Virus record (IMG/VR): IMGVR_UViG_3300025789_000024
Span: 32,001-96,000 of that record
DNA from: a virus
Length of the DNA: 64,000 nt
Strand: one strand, 5' to 3'
Of the stretch, positions 33,701-39,313 are shown piece after piece. The notes under the pieces are model-generated. The model made no database searches and was not told the DNA's origin. It saw only the letters and a list, made by a program, of their open reading frames with translations. The position numbers and the translations under genes are program-made. Every line of letters begins with the position of its first letter. Position 1 is the stretch's first letter.

Positions 33701-36700
33701 TTAGTTGGACAACAAATGGATATTATACTCCTTATAGTGATCAACCATACGACACTACGCAATATGATTCAACTGCAATCAATGTTGCACAACTTGCATT
33801 GCAAGATATAACATATTCAAATGGCTATTACATTGCAGTAGGGGATAACATCGTTAGAAGCGCAGACACCTATAATTGGGTTGAAGTACCTTTATTCCCC
33901 AGCTCATTAAATAGTTATGAATTCTATGCAATAACTAAGGCTGTATTGCCATCATTCAATGGCTTAGTTGCTGTTGGCGGAGGCACACGCCCAGATGTGA
34001 TTTCTGGCGTAACTGAATCAGTTAGTACAAATGTTATCTTCTATAGTACTAACGACGGACTATCATGGACACAAATAAATTCAATTACTCCAAATACATT
34101 CTATGGTGTAGCAAGTAATAGTTCATTGATTATTGCTGTTGGTAGTGCAGGTGTAATTTATTACAGTAATAACGGTGGTAGCTGGTTAGGCTTGAATGAA
34201 GTGCAAGTACTTTCAACAAACACAAACACAAATGTTATTAACGTAACCAATAGTGCAGGATTCGTATTGAACCAAGCTGTTAGATTTAGTCAAGCATTTG
34301 GTGGATTGAATACAACAACTACTTACTATCTTGTAAGTATCAATGGTACACAAGTTAAAGTTTCAACAACGCCTAGTGGTTCAGCAGTTACATTGACAAA
34401 CGTAAATCCAAGTGCAGACCAAACTATGATGTTTGCATATAGTGCTTCTAACCCAAATCCAGCTGCATTACGCAACATCATTTATGCAAATGGTATTTGG
34501 ATTACTGTTGGTGATACTGGTACTATCAAAACATCTAGCAACGGATTGACTTGGATTACTCAAACGTCAGGTACAACACAAAACTTGCATTCAGTAGTTT
34601 GGAACAACACATTATCAACATTTACAGTAGTGGGTGATAACAACACAATTATTCAATCTACAAATAATGGTGTAACCTGGTCAAGTATATCTGTATTCAC
34701 CGTTCCCCCTACAGTATATGATGTTCAAGGTGCTGCATTCCCATATGGTTATGGTCCAGAAGAATTAGTTCCTGGGGTAGTAACTGACACACTAGCAATG
34801 ACTGTTATTTCACGTCCTGGTACATTGTGGCCAGTAGTTGAGTATTCAAATGCAGGATATGCAACTTACTCATTGCAATTAACACCAACATCGGCAAGTC
34901 AAAAATTGTATAGTTTTGCAAGTGCATCACATTATCCAGCGCAGATTCGTGTGCAAGTACTTGATGCAAACACACAATTGGGAACCACATTAGATGCAAG
35001 CCAATATACGGTTGATTGGATAAACAAAACATTAACATTGAACAACGCATTGGTGTTTATTCCTACTCCACAACAACTAAGAATTGATGTGTATGAAGTT
35101 GGTAATGGTAACCAACTAGTTAAATCTAATACAGATAGCGATCCTATTAGAATTAATACTAATACAGGCTTTAACGAAATTTATCTAGATTGCAACTATA
35201 GTCAAAATATCTATAACGGTAGCGGGGTAATTCAACCGGGCACATACCCGATCAACACATTAGCGACACAAACCTTTAGTGGAACTAATTATATTGTTTG
35301 TACAAGTATTAACAACATCGTACTAAATTCACCAATCTCATTCTTGGGTGATGTGTTTGGTGGTGTTACTGAAGGTACGCAATACTATGTAAAATCTATT
35401 AGTACTGCTACAAATGAAATCACAATTTCAGCAACTTATAATAGTGTAACTGGTCAAGCAGGTCCTACACTTGCATTGACTGATGCTACAGGCAGCATGG
35501 ATGTTGCAATTGAAATTGGTAATGGTTTAGTTTGGACTCCCCCAATTGTTTATTTAAACGGTACACAATTGGTAATGGGTGTTACAAATAATGTTATTGC
35601 TACTAAATCAGGAACAAATGTCATCACTACTAACTCTACTAGTGGTTTGATTGTTGGTACTCCAATTATGTTCAGTAGTTCAATCTTTGGTGGAGTGATT
35701 CAACCATTGACAACTTACTATATCAAGAGTATCGTTGATGGGTTTGATTTAACAATTAGTGCAACATTGAACGGTCCGACATTAGTATTAACTAATGCAA
35801 ACGGCGGCGCAAGTTTTGTAACTAACGACTATGCATTTGATATTCAACCTAACGGTATACAAGCAAAAATGGTCTTTAGTAATGCAAATTACAATGACGA
35901 ATCTGATTACATTGTTTATTCTGTATTTGGACAAACAGAACCAACACAAGTTGGATATACACTGCCAACTGTGCAAGAAATTGTTGCTAACGGTCAAACA
36001 TCTTCATTCAACTTGATTAATTATTTAGGTGGTACCAACCCATACAATGCAATTGTTGAAATTAACGGGGTAAGACAAACTATTTCTCAATACACGATTA
36101 GTCCATCTGCAAAAACAATTAACTTTGTTTCAGTTCCTGCAAATGGCGCTGTGATAACAGTTACGACATTTAATGATACACAACAACAGTATCTAACTAC
36201 TCAGTACGGTATTACTGGTACGCCTGGATCACAATTCATTGATTTGACAGTTGGAGCCACAACTAATACAATAGTTACATATGATCAAGGCGGCACCGCA
36301 GGCTGGGATAGTAATGGTTCTGTAAACGCCGGATCATTTGTGATTGGTACAGAATATGAAATCACCACAGTTGGTACAACTAACTGGGTAGCAATTGGTG
36401 CAAGTTCCAACAATGTTGGCATTGTATTCGTTGCTACTGGAGCAGGTTCGGGCACTGGTGTTGCATTGGCAGTTGGTCTGTTCCAAGAAAATTACAACTA
36501 CTTAACATTATCATCAGGTACAACTGCATCATTGCAAGTTAATAACAGTTTGGTGTTTAGTAATGGCATCGGTGGTATTGTTGCAGGTGTAACTTATTAT
36601 GTAACTCAAATTATTAACAGTACTCAATTTGTAATTTCTACACAAGTAGGTGGACAACCATTAACATTAACAAATGCAACAGGGTCAATGCTTGCAACTG

Positions 36701-38493
36701 CTAATGGATTAACAGTGGCACCTATTATTAATGTGTCAAACCAAATTACTCCTCCTCTAGCAGTTACATTTGCAAGTAATACTACATCAGGCACAAATAG
36801 AATCACAGTTACAAGTACTGCAGGATTTGCAGTTGGTGCAACGGCTATGTTCCAAGGCACAAGTTTTGGTAATGTAGCAACAGACGGCACAGTATACTTT
36901 GTTAGTACAATAGTAGATGGTACACATTTTACTATCATGGATCAACAAGGAAACACAATTACATTGACAACTGCTTCAGGAAATATGCAAGTTACAATTG
37001 GTGGACAACCGGCAATTCGTGTGACTACAAGTATTCCTAATTATTTCAACTTGAATCAATTGGTAAACATTAGCGGTACTACTGGTTCAGTGCAGTTAAA
37101 TGATCAAGCATACTACGCTAGAGTTATTAATAACACTACTTTTGATTTATATTATCAACCATATAATTCAGGTATTGGTTATGTAAATTATCCTGTAACA
37201 ACATGCGCGGCGTACACAGGTGGTGGCTATACTTGGAGATCAGGTGTGTTTGTATTATCAACTGCAACTGCAACTGCAACAACAGCTACTAATGGTATTA
37301 TTACGGTAGCTAACACTTCTAATTTAGTACAAGGTACTCCTGTGCTATTCAACCAAGTAGGTTCATTGCCCGGAGATGTTATTTTAGGCGGATTGATTCA
37401 AGGAACAACATATTATATTGGTACTATCTTTAATGGTACACAATTCAATGTAACAAGTTCATTATATGGAAGTACAGTTCCGTTGAGTACCGCTAGTGGT
37501 AGCATGAATATGGTACAGTGGGTACAAGGTAATGTTGATCGCTTGTGGGTAACTGTGAACGGATTGCGTGTACCTTCAAGCGATCTGCGTGTAAATGAAT
37601 ACAATGAAGTAAGTATCTTGACACAGATCGTTCCGGGCGATGAAGTAATTATCAGTAACATGATCCCTCAAGCAACTCCTAACGAAATGGTCTACTTAAA
37701 TCTAGTTGACGCTGTAGGTGATCAACAAGTATTCAGAGCAAATTCAAATACTAGAACATGGTTAACTCAACCAATCTATGATTTGAGTACTACAATCTAT
37801 GTTGATGACGTTACTAGAATTACCAACAACGTTGTGCAAAACACGATTGTTCCTGCTGAAACTAACGGTTACTATTATGTTGGATTGAATGCTAATAAGA
37901 ACAGTATTTCTAGCATTACGGTATTTGACGCAACTACAAATACGACAGTAAATTCTAGTGCATATGAACTTGTTATCATAGATGCTGCGCCGCAAATTAA
38001 GATTGCTGGTACCGCAGTCTCAGCAGGAAACCAATTGATCATTACAATCCTTGAAGGTAATGTAATCATGGTTAACGGTGAGCAAATTACCTTCAGTACA
38101 ATTAATCCAACAATTACTGCTCAAAGCATTGTTTCAGGACAACAATATAAGATTGTATCAGTTGGAAGCACCAATTTTATTAGCGTCGGGGCAAGTGCCA
38201 ACACTGTCGGAATCACCTTTACTGCAACTAATGACGGAACAATGTTAACAGGCACCGGTACGGTCATCGCAGTCAACGGCATATCTGGGTTGCAACGTGG
38301 TGCAAATGGTACTGCAAGACAACCAGTAATATCAACTTATACTGAAGTATATGGTATGTTGCCAAGCGACATGCTGTCAGACATATACTACAATGAAACT
38401 TGGAATTCATATGTTTATAATGCTACTTTGGGTGATCCATTACAAATTAGTAACACGGTTCCAGCAGAATTCTTAAATACGGATGTTTCCTAA
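18745..38493 (+). CDS. Giant (6582 aa) baseplate wedge/adhesin-like virion protein, gp7-like scaffold carrying many inserted beta domains
   Basis: Follows gp6. N-terminal RTLNFLPEIFQT, internal EVKPYHV (gp7/gpI-like motif), FG-GAP-like and Asp-box repeats, ~14 copies of a ~70-aa beta module, very rich in Thr/Ser/Asn/Gly. Confidence 0.75.
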   Translation: MANTNRIRTLNFLPEIFQTTSNQQFLSATLDQLVNPPNLQRIQGYVGSKFGYGVNPNDYYVTEPTKTRTDYQLEPGVVITKTNESVAQDFITYPGILDALSLQNGVTNNNNRLFNSEFYSWDSFTNLDKVINFNQYYWLPFGPPSVTVAAQTIYSTEQYVVTSLDNGYNIRIASSASGEINPTLTLLRGGTYTFQVNQSTQFWIQGQPGVTGYSPTQTNLYTRNVYGVENNGAEQGFVTFTVPAADAQNQYVFPNSGVSLDLVCTTPFADVNGKLLSSLGSIDGVTSLQGLQIMFYNTGVTNETGYVQTYFDENSYDTNNNSLVQPLTVTVNQVASNVLTLASGLNAQLQVNSTITFDNPTFGGVTAGTVYFVNSLVGTTGFTISATLGGTTLSLTNGTGLMTANINQGLLEEGFYTPVANNFYTIEYIGDPANPVIRLVPSGVIPTNQTITPKFGTQYNNLPFYRNTVGTISEIPYISAPLDTLYYQDGTNSDSVGVIKLIESNLSNTLDVDTQILGQKSFTSTNGVVFTNGLKVSFNGDVIPTGYLNGEYYVEGVGTAIELVSIDSLICPESFTEAIYNPYDFTNYDEGNWDLTDFVPVLPDYITIARNSISKNAWSRSNRWFHIDVINATASYNNNPEIPSIYATASAKAQRPIIEFYPNLQLFNSGTIGKQAIDFYDTRTTDALTQVVDQQNYYPDIEVYSAYTATIAGVTNATTTTITVQASDVTGTLQQYQYITDSTNLLPRNTQILSITGTTTLTLTVAWTNATSFNTTAVASIVASETTVNNYALFSGARVIFSADPAVSNVVFVANLSTLTTGSTPVITLTPAEDSPCLTNEQVAVLRGYYNHGTTYYYTGAGWLEAQEKTNVNMSPYFDIFDSNGISLGDTSVYQSTTFKGTTLFQYGIGAGAIDSILGFPLAYSSIENQGDIQFDVTFNSDTFNYVTGATPITENVNTGYVYNYNIDQTYVRQIGWQTAVSPSVQYQVFDFSVPALSGTTAFNCDIAPMSSSETNWPTVQVYVNNTYINSANYTVTTTATTTTITINSAYIPVTDCVVQILILSDQVSSTAYYQTPINLNNNPLNTDITVANVGDIRNQYQSIFYNNPYTTGDVFGPNNYRDLGDVVPYGNAIIQNSASLVIPGALLRVPNHNLFNALLYNSREYVNYKQLIVSTVSNTSFTQTYNPAQILDIALAQITQAKSSDQSFFWSDMIPSNAPYRTNTYTFNNALDTSIYPLSQVYNFETSNYNGVLVYRTTALNGYQTVTEQLVKGQDYVVSTTAPSLEVTIALNAGDTITINEYNKTYGSYAPNTPTKLGLYPSFIPSVVLDSDYIVPTYFIMGHDGSYTKLYGAYTDGVLQDYRDQALLEFETRVYNNLKLSNTIPIQAYDLIPGYFRQSSQQYSNSEWLEMYTPSFLNWIGQNRLNYKTQYYNANDEFTYNYKNSANKLNGTVIEQGYWRGVYQYFYDTTTPNETPWEMLYYPDQPSWWTERYGPAPYTSDNLVLWDDIANGVRWDNGVPVTVPELARPSLLNILPVDSAGNLVSPFVSIVGNYSPGTFQKDWVVGDDGPTELSYRRSSTWPFDLMRLQALMKPAEFFNLGVWVDNYKYNAEFNQYLVNNRSHLVPNEIPIYGSGTPVTSYLNWIVDFEKQQGIDATTNLTTLFNNLDVRLIYRLAGFSDQNQLAFYVEKASPNTTSSSLLIPNESYGILLYDNQPFDRIPYSSVIIQQNDGYYTVFGNAQQFAYFTVLNPVYDNQYEIVDINSIQVKIAKNYSTKETIVPYGTAFYSQQELAQFLVSYGKWLQSKGMVFEDIQNGLAVTWNQMVAEFLYWAQTGWGAGSVITLNPAATLLTIDKVDCVVQPLTIQDQNFVLNQNLYPIQLKDMCIERNDTQFTLHALNQGDTFSYAQFDLGNFEHGIVFDNTTLFNDTIYNLVTGLRQNRINVRGTKTADWNGTVNAWGFILNQDNVREWNNTLKYTKGQIVLYKNKYWVAQRVIEPTATFNQQDWKETNYSAVQTGLLPNPSTRSFESALYYDTNTRNLSQDANLLSYSLIGYRPRDYLATADLTDVTQINVYKNMIKSKGTNLAINAFKGVTLPQGGIDYTVYENWAIKQGEFGGVANNNFVQFKVNQANMTGDPSIFSLTNGVYTQGSMQEIPIYSLYNYGHNITDPNILLTTNSAEPNSTNIYPDAGYVNFNDVKMSSYFYSGLPRATNIGGQIVPIQNFYVRDYVWMANFLNTWNVYSFKPIGQVVQVRNNLNNTATVVFAAPHGLKKLQPLAIVNFASNVDGYYIVTQVVDLTTVIINLNVQATNQNTLTGQGIGLIFETQRAAKPSEIGLLDLTEADFITNTVWVDENTDGNWAVYQKTINYDYQQQVTKEGATNFGSAVAYSPQMGYLVSDASQGNVYRYVYDAVASTATGSPVYDLSQTLSGGTSFGTTIIHKNNIFVISEPTSGTPKVYIYALNSSTVSTAILTYQTAISAPGGVTNWGSSLAMSGDNNWLYISDIANNNVYVYRREQILLNAGYFVTGQTYTIETVGTTDFTAIGAIANAVGITFVATGAGTGTGTAMQVTYAQSTVISGASTAGSVSGDNFGSSLATDYYGQTLFVGAPDVNYSSTIENWGSVYAYQRTVQNVEAQQTSTVGQVQSFTLGWTPAAGATRTASATNGSTNYITCNAAMTGFAVNQPVVFGDILTATAAGSFVIGKSYKITTVGTTDFTAIGASSNSVGVIFTATGVGSGTGTATQTTNLANSGIKPNVVYYIASISGSTISIKTSRSSTTPVQLTTASGLSFGVYVQVDPLYVTVNGTLVQDNNYGVIGSQFVYSGALQAGDIINISDNQYTLVQNFNSQFNDRTGTHYGYAMDMNTFGTETIIGSPFEINDTTGEEGAAYRYTNAGAKYGVVIGTNDCTLNSAGVIFINGYLVFLSAGNATGIANQINASNVPNVQASATANNTLIIQLIDTALAPVSQQLLISVVDETVLTQLGIDVFVNTQVLVSPYVNGPTEFGTAIKFNESDSVVISAPVGTRYEFTSFDFTDNGTPDLDTIFDNNATRFVESYPNAGAVYMYDYLGNYNENVGNSGQFVFAQSTNSQNTSYGFNPLYGASLDFNNNTVIVGSPDFLPGVADGQVVIYTNATGMQDWGIYRQSAPVVDINSISNTQLFSATTNNTLVNLDYIDPLQGKILGAVRENLDFVTNTDPARYNSNLASQTGYVWGANEVGKTWFNTNNVRFVNYHQNDVVYNSKYWGSVFPGSDVAVYTWVASNVPPNNYQGPGTPLDVTLYAISSTINASSVVVPIYYFWVRNSNLIFSETGKTLSDTILAQYIANPRGSGISFMAPLLPNTFAIYNGLSYFNGTDTVFNIAYSTNSDSGSDIYHQQFAIIKENSASDFLPGFPQYAYVSSTLSDPSGLYLRFVNSLAGCDDAGGVVPDPYLPLRVQSGVQVRPRQSFFLDRFLALKNYLTFANEVLVQYPIVELRENLDFLYTVGDINPGTGLPYYDTTNYWTFVNWWAPGYSDNTRSVLQVPLYADLAALNVSSGTIVTVEQNGVGKFEVYTTDGLGTWTRIGLQQGTIQFSSALWDYSSAGLGFGGNFFDTNVFDLYPSEETRYIIRALNEQIYINDLLIYRNKSLILMFEYIQSETTSSQNFLPWLNKTSLVDVSHKIRELLPLEVYQGDNEVFLEGYLNEVKPYHVTIKQFSFNYTGTDVFQGDITDFDVPSQWNNIYQEFISPELVYTLPNNEYEYLPTDPIWQTAPYSQWYQNYGVSLTGQDNYNITTLVSYLTPSSRSIIVDNANGFPINGTITIDGEQIGYSYVDRAKNQLSGLVRGYNSTTITNHIPGAKIYIDLPAVLLLSGGAGYTNPPRVTAYIDETQYPAPRTPAVLEAVMNLDSVLSINVINPGSGYAVLPTIVIDPSATIYFADTQVNSVLHTITVYAPELVTGLEVQYFDDTATGNGIGELSNGQWYYINVLEDNPTAVVALYTTYSNAVNDKNRVPLFTNGSGNSFSINLGARASAISTAYPVRENAIRIKFDRTTYTSQVLDWESGAYYGAFFAGSYRNNEDYSSSDILLPFSQATATPPVSFMTAASGGGVVFEISEVDNQQQVEWSSFVRYVGSTVAANNSIKLIPQDGNNDPNNPQPNASGTTVGFYVGMPVQFAGPGIGGLVGTTTSDPIIYYVHSIIDELYFTVSTTVGGDVVTLTNATVGAAGLQCLTASVVNTAVLTVNYPGILTVTNTSAGTNVLTVPTSAIGTGGTNGFYVGIPLVFTGETFGGIVANQVYYVSTIIDEENFTVSSNDKPLQATVYSVSSSNNHVTVSSTTGMDVNDPVIFNNMIISGVSGILFGNIHSGVTYYISQIVDGTTITISQYVNGLVFNPGTVAASGTTSALVTDQASSSQLSTATGNMTMNVNLPISPGQVNGQAFNLYETSQQYPNIATGVISELIGNTVNATVATTNLVAFSNQQPTQFMYVNMPVRFNTAIGGLSTNTTYWIKSLGVISVNCTTTSSSTNQITCSSTTSLYTGMPIVFTGVSLGGITIGQTYFVKTIVDSTHFTISATSGGSALVLYTSNGEMVGTGDPYMTVSTSLGGSVVSLSASTAGSSFVQYPTATPTFDISYAVGGYLAIVNSAATGFAINNVITIDGQFVGGTTPANNVTLTVNTIGTNGEITSVIASGTVPSVSNTYYLEVTSPNTLAVYSNPLLTVPVSGLDFPYVGFTETTVVQTQSTGNIVVADASGFNLYDPIVFTGNVQGNLNVGTAYYISNIVGTTITLSATPGGSAITSVTTNTSTNFTMAKTGSFAVLPQPFYFNQSIVKYNNQVYQCIISNNDSEFIFGKWQLLDSNSSLLNAMDRVMGYYQPTADMPGVDLTQLFEGVTYPNSTYYGNQFAPANQYPVDTILQDQPFYPTDVNITGIIWNGVNYFATSNLPTYSAVLISHDGVTWSIDTLANIDVDATSILYAGGMYVLTTTNSATPIYRSNDGFSWTTNGYYTPYSDQPYDTTQYDSTAINVAQLALQDITYSNGYYIAVGDNIVRSADTYNWVEVPLFPSSLNSYEFYAITKAVLPSFNGLVAVGGGTRPDVISGVTESVSTNVIFYSTNDGLSWTQINSITPNTFYGVASNSSLIIAVGSAGVIYYSNNGGSWLGLNEVQVLSTNTNTNVINVTNSAGFVLNQAVRFSQAFGGLNTTTTYYLVSINGTQVKVSTTPSGSAVTLTNVNPSADQTMMFAYSASNPNPAALRNIIYANGIWITVGDTGTIKTSSNGLTWITQTSGTTQNLHSVVWNNTLSTFTVVGDNNTIIQSTNNGVTWSSISVFTVPPTVYDVQGAAFPYGYGPEELVPGVVTDTLAMTVISRPGTLWPVVEYSNAGYATYSLQLTPTSASQKLYSFASASHYPAQIRVQVLDANTQLGTTLDASQYTVDWINKTLTLNNALVFIPTPQQLRIDVYEVGNGNQLVKSNTDSDPIRINTNTGFNEIYLDCNYSQNIYNGSGVIQPGTYPINTLATQTFSGTNYIVCTSINNIVLNSPISFLGDVFGGVTEGTQYYVKSISTATNEITISATYNSVTGQAGPTLALTDATGSMDVAIEIGNGLVWTPPIVYLNGTQLVMGVTNNVIATKSGTNVITTNSTSGLIVGTPIMFSSSIFGGVIQPLTTYYIKSIVDGFDLTISATLNGPTLVLTNANGGASFVTNDYAFDIQPNGIQAKMVFSNANYNDESDYIVYSVFGQTEPTQVGYTLPTVQEIVANGQTSSFNLINYLGGTNPYNAIVEINGVRQTISQYTISPSAKTINFVSVPANGAVITVTTFNDTQQQYLTTQYGITGTPGSQFIDLTVGATTNTIVTYDQGGTAGWDSNGSVNAGSFVIGTEYEITTVGTTNWVAIGASSNNVGIVFVATGAGSGTGVALAVGLFQENYNYLTLSSGTTASLQVNNSLVFSNGIGGIVAGVTYYVTQIINSTQFVISTQVGGQPLTLTNATGSMLATANGLTVAPIINVSNQITPPLAVTFASNTTSGTNRITVTSTAGFAVGATAMFQGTSFGNVATDGTVYFVSTIVDGTHFTIMDQQGNTITLTTASGNMQVTIGGQPAIRVTTSIPNYFNLNQLVNISGTTGSVQLNDQAYYARVINNTTFDLYYQPYNSGIGYVNYPVTTCAAYTGGGYTWRSGVFVLSTATATATTATNGIITVANTSNLVQGTPVLFNQVGSLPGDVILGGLIQGTTYYIGTIFNGTQFNVTSSLYGSTVPLSTASGSMNMVQWVQGNVDRLWVTVNGLRVPSSDLRVNEYNEVSILTQIVPGDEVIISNMIPQATPNEMVYLNLVDAVGDQQVFRANSNTRTWLTQPIYDLSTTIYVDDVTRITNNVVQNTIVPAETNGYYYVGLNANKNSISSITVFDATTNTTVNSSAYELVIIDAAPQIKIAGTAVSAGNQLIITILEGNVIMVNGEQITFSTINPTITAQSIVSGQQYKIVSVGSTNFISVGASANTVGITFTATNDGTMLTGTGTVIAVNGISGLQRGANGTARQPVISTYTEVYGMLPSDMLSDIYYNETWNSYVYNATLGDPLQISNTVPAEFLNTDVS
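25891..28150 (+). repeat. FG-GAP (integrin-alpha-like) beta-propeller blades inside the giant protein
   Basis: About 7 blades: NFGSAVA, SFGTTI, NWGSSLAMSGD, NFGSSLATD..LFVGAP, HYGYAMD..IIGSP, EFGTAIK..VVISAP, LYGASLD..VIVGSP. Confidence 0.65.
26317..38265 (+). repeat. Four dispersed copies of a ~46-aa module (AGxFVxGxxYxIxTVGTTDFxAIGAxxNxVGxxFxATGxGxGTG)
   Basis: Copies start at about 26317, 26845, 36328 and 38119. Confidence 0.85.
33559..34683 (+). repeat. Asp-box/BNR beta-propeller repeats
   Basis: SHDGVTW, SNDGFSW, SADTYNW, STNDGLSW, SNNGGSW, SSNGLTW, STNNGVTW. Confidence 0.75.
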
Positions 38494-38495
38494 AT

Positions 38496-38503
38496 GATAA
38501 ATA
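38496..38503 (+). promoter_or_regulatory. Late promoter box GATAAATA
   Basis: 5 nt upstream of the ATG at 38509. Confidence 0.6.
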
Positions 38504-38508
38504 AAGAG

Positions 38509-38664
38509 ATGAATCATATTAAATCAAAAAGTCAAGGAAATCAAGGTAAAAAACAGCTTCCTACCAAGCCAAACGAGCATGGTGGGTTCTACTTTTCCTC
38601 TAGTATAAAGATTTTTGATCCAAATAGTAAACAAGTTTTGGTACAGAAAAGAGGGGACGTTTAA
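38509..38664 (+). CDS. Small 51-aa protein missing from the ORF track, resembling the N-terminus of the next gene product
   Basis: MNHIKSKSQGNQGKKQLPTKPNEHGGFYFSSSIKIFDPNSKQVLVQKRGDV*. It fills the gap, has its own promoter box, and its stop overlaps the next ATG (TAATG). Confidence 0.7.
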   Translation: MNHIKSKSQGNQGKKQLPTKPNEHGGFYFSSSIKIFDPNSKQVLVQKRGDV

Positions 38665-39284
38665 TGTCTGTTATTAATTTATCCTTAAAAGTTGAGGGAT
38701 TCTTGAAAATCTACGACCCCAATTCAATGGAAGTGTTTGTAGATAAGAAGAATGCCATCAACTATGAGAACATGTCGGAAGCAATTGCCGACACCTTAAG
38801 TGATCGTGGCTACGGAGAAATCTTTCAAATGGCGTTTGGTAACGGTGCTGCATCAGTATCTGATACGGGCGTTATTACATATTTGCCCCCTAATGTAACT
38901 GGTCAAAATGCTGCATTATACAATCAAACCTATGCAAAAGTAGTGGATGACACCAACGTTCTTAATTTGGATCCTACAAGAAACAATATGACTGTATATC
39001 ATACTTCAGGCAATGTTTATACTGATATTTTGGTTCAATGTTTATTAGATTATGGCGAACCTGCAGGGCAGGCTGCATTTGATAATAGCACCCAAACTGA
39101 CTCTAGCTATGTTTTTGACGAATTGGGGCTATTGGCCAACTATGGCACAGACGCAAACGGTAACGTAATTACCAGACTGCTAACACACGTAATCTTTCAC
39201 CCGGTTCAAAAATCATTGAATAGACAGATTCAGATTGATTACACAGTTAGAATTCAGGCACTTACCAACTTGGTAACGATTTAA
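38664..39284 (+). CDS. Virion structural protein (baseplate/tail-fibre attachment-like)
   Basis: Structural operon context; FDELGL...LLTHVIFHPVQKSLNR.IQIDYTVRI resembles fibre-attachment domains. Confidence 0.55.
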   Translation: MSVINLSLKVEGFLKIYDPNSMEVFVDKKNAINYENMSEAIADTLSDRGYGEIFQMAFGNGAASVSDTGVITYLPPNVTGQNAALYNQTYAKVVDDTNVLNLDPTRNNMTVYHTSGNVYTDILVQCLLDYGEPAGQAAFDNSTQTDSSYVFDELGLLANYGTDANGNVITRLLTHVIFHPVQKSLNRQIQIDYTVRIQALTNLVTI

Positions 39285-39292
39285 GATAAATA
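39285..39292 (+). promoter_or_regulatory. Late promoter box GATAAATA
   Basis: Intergenic, followed by a GGAG RBS. Confidence 0.6.
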
Positions 39293-39313
39293 AAGATAAC
39301 GGAGTTATAGATT

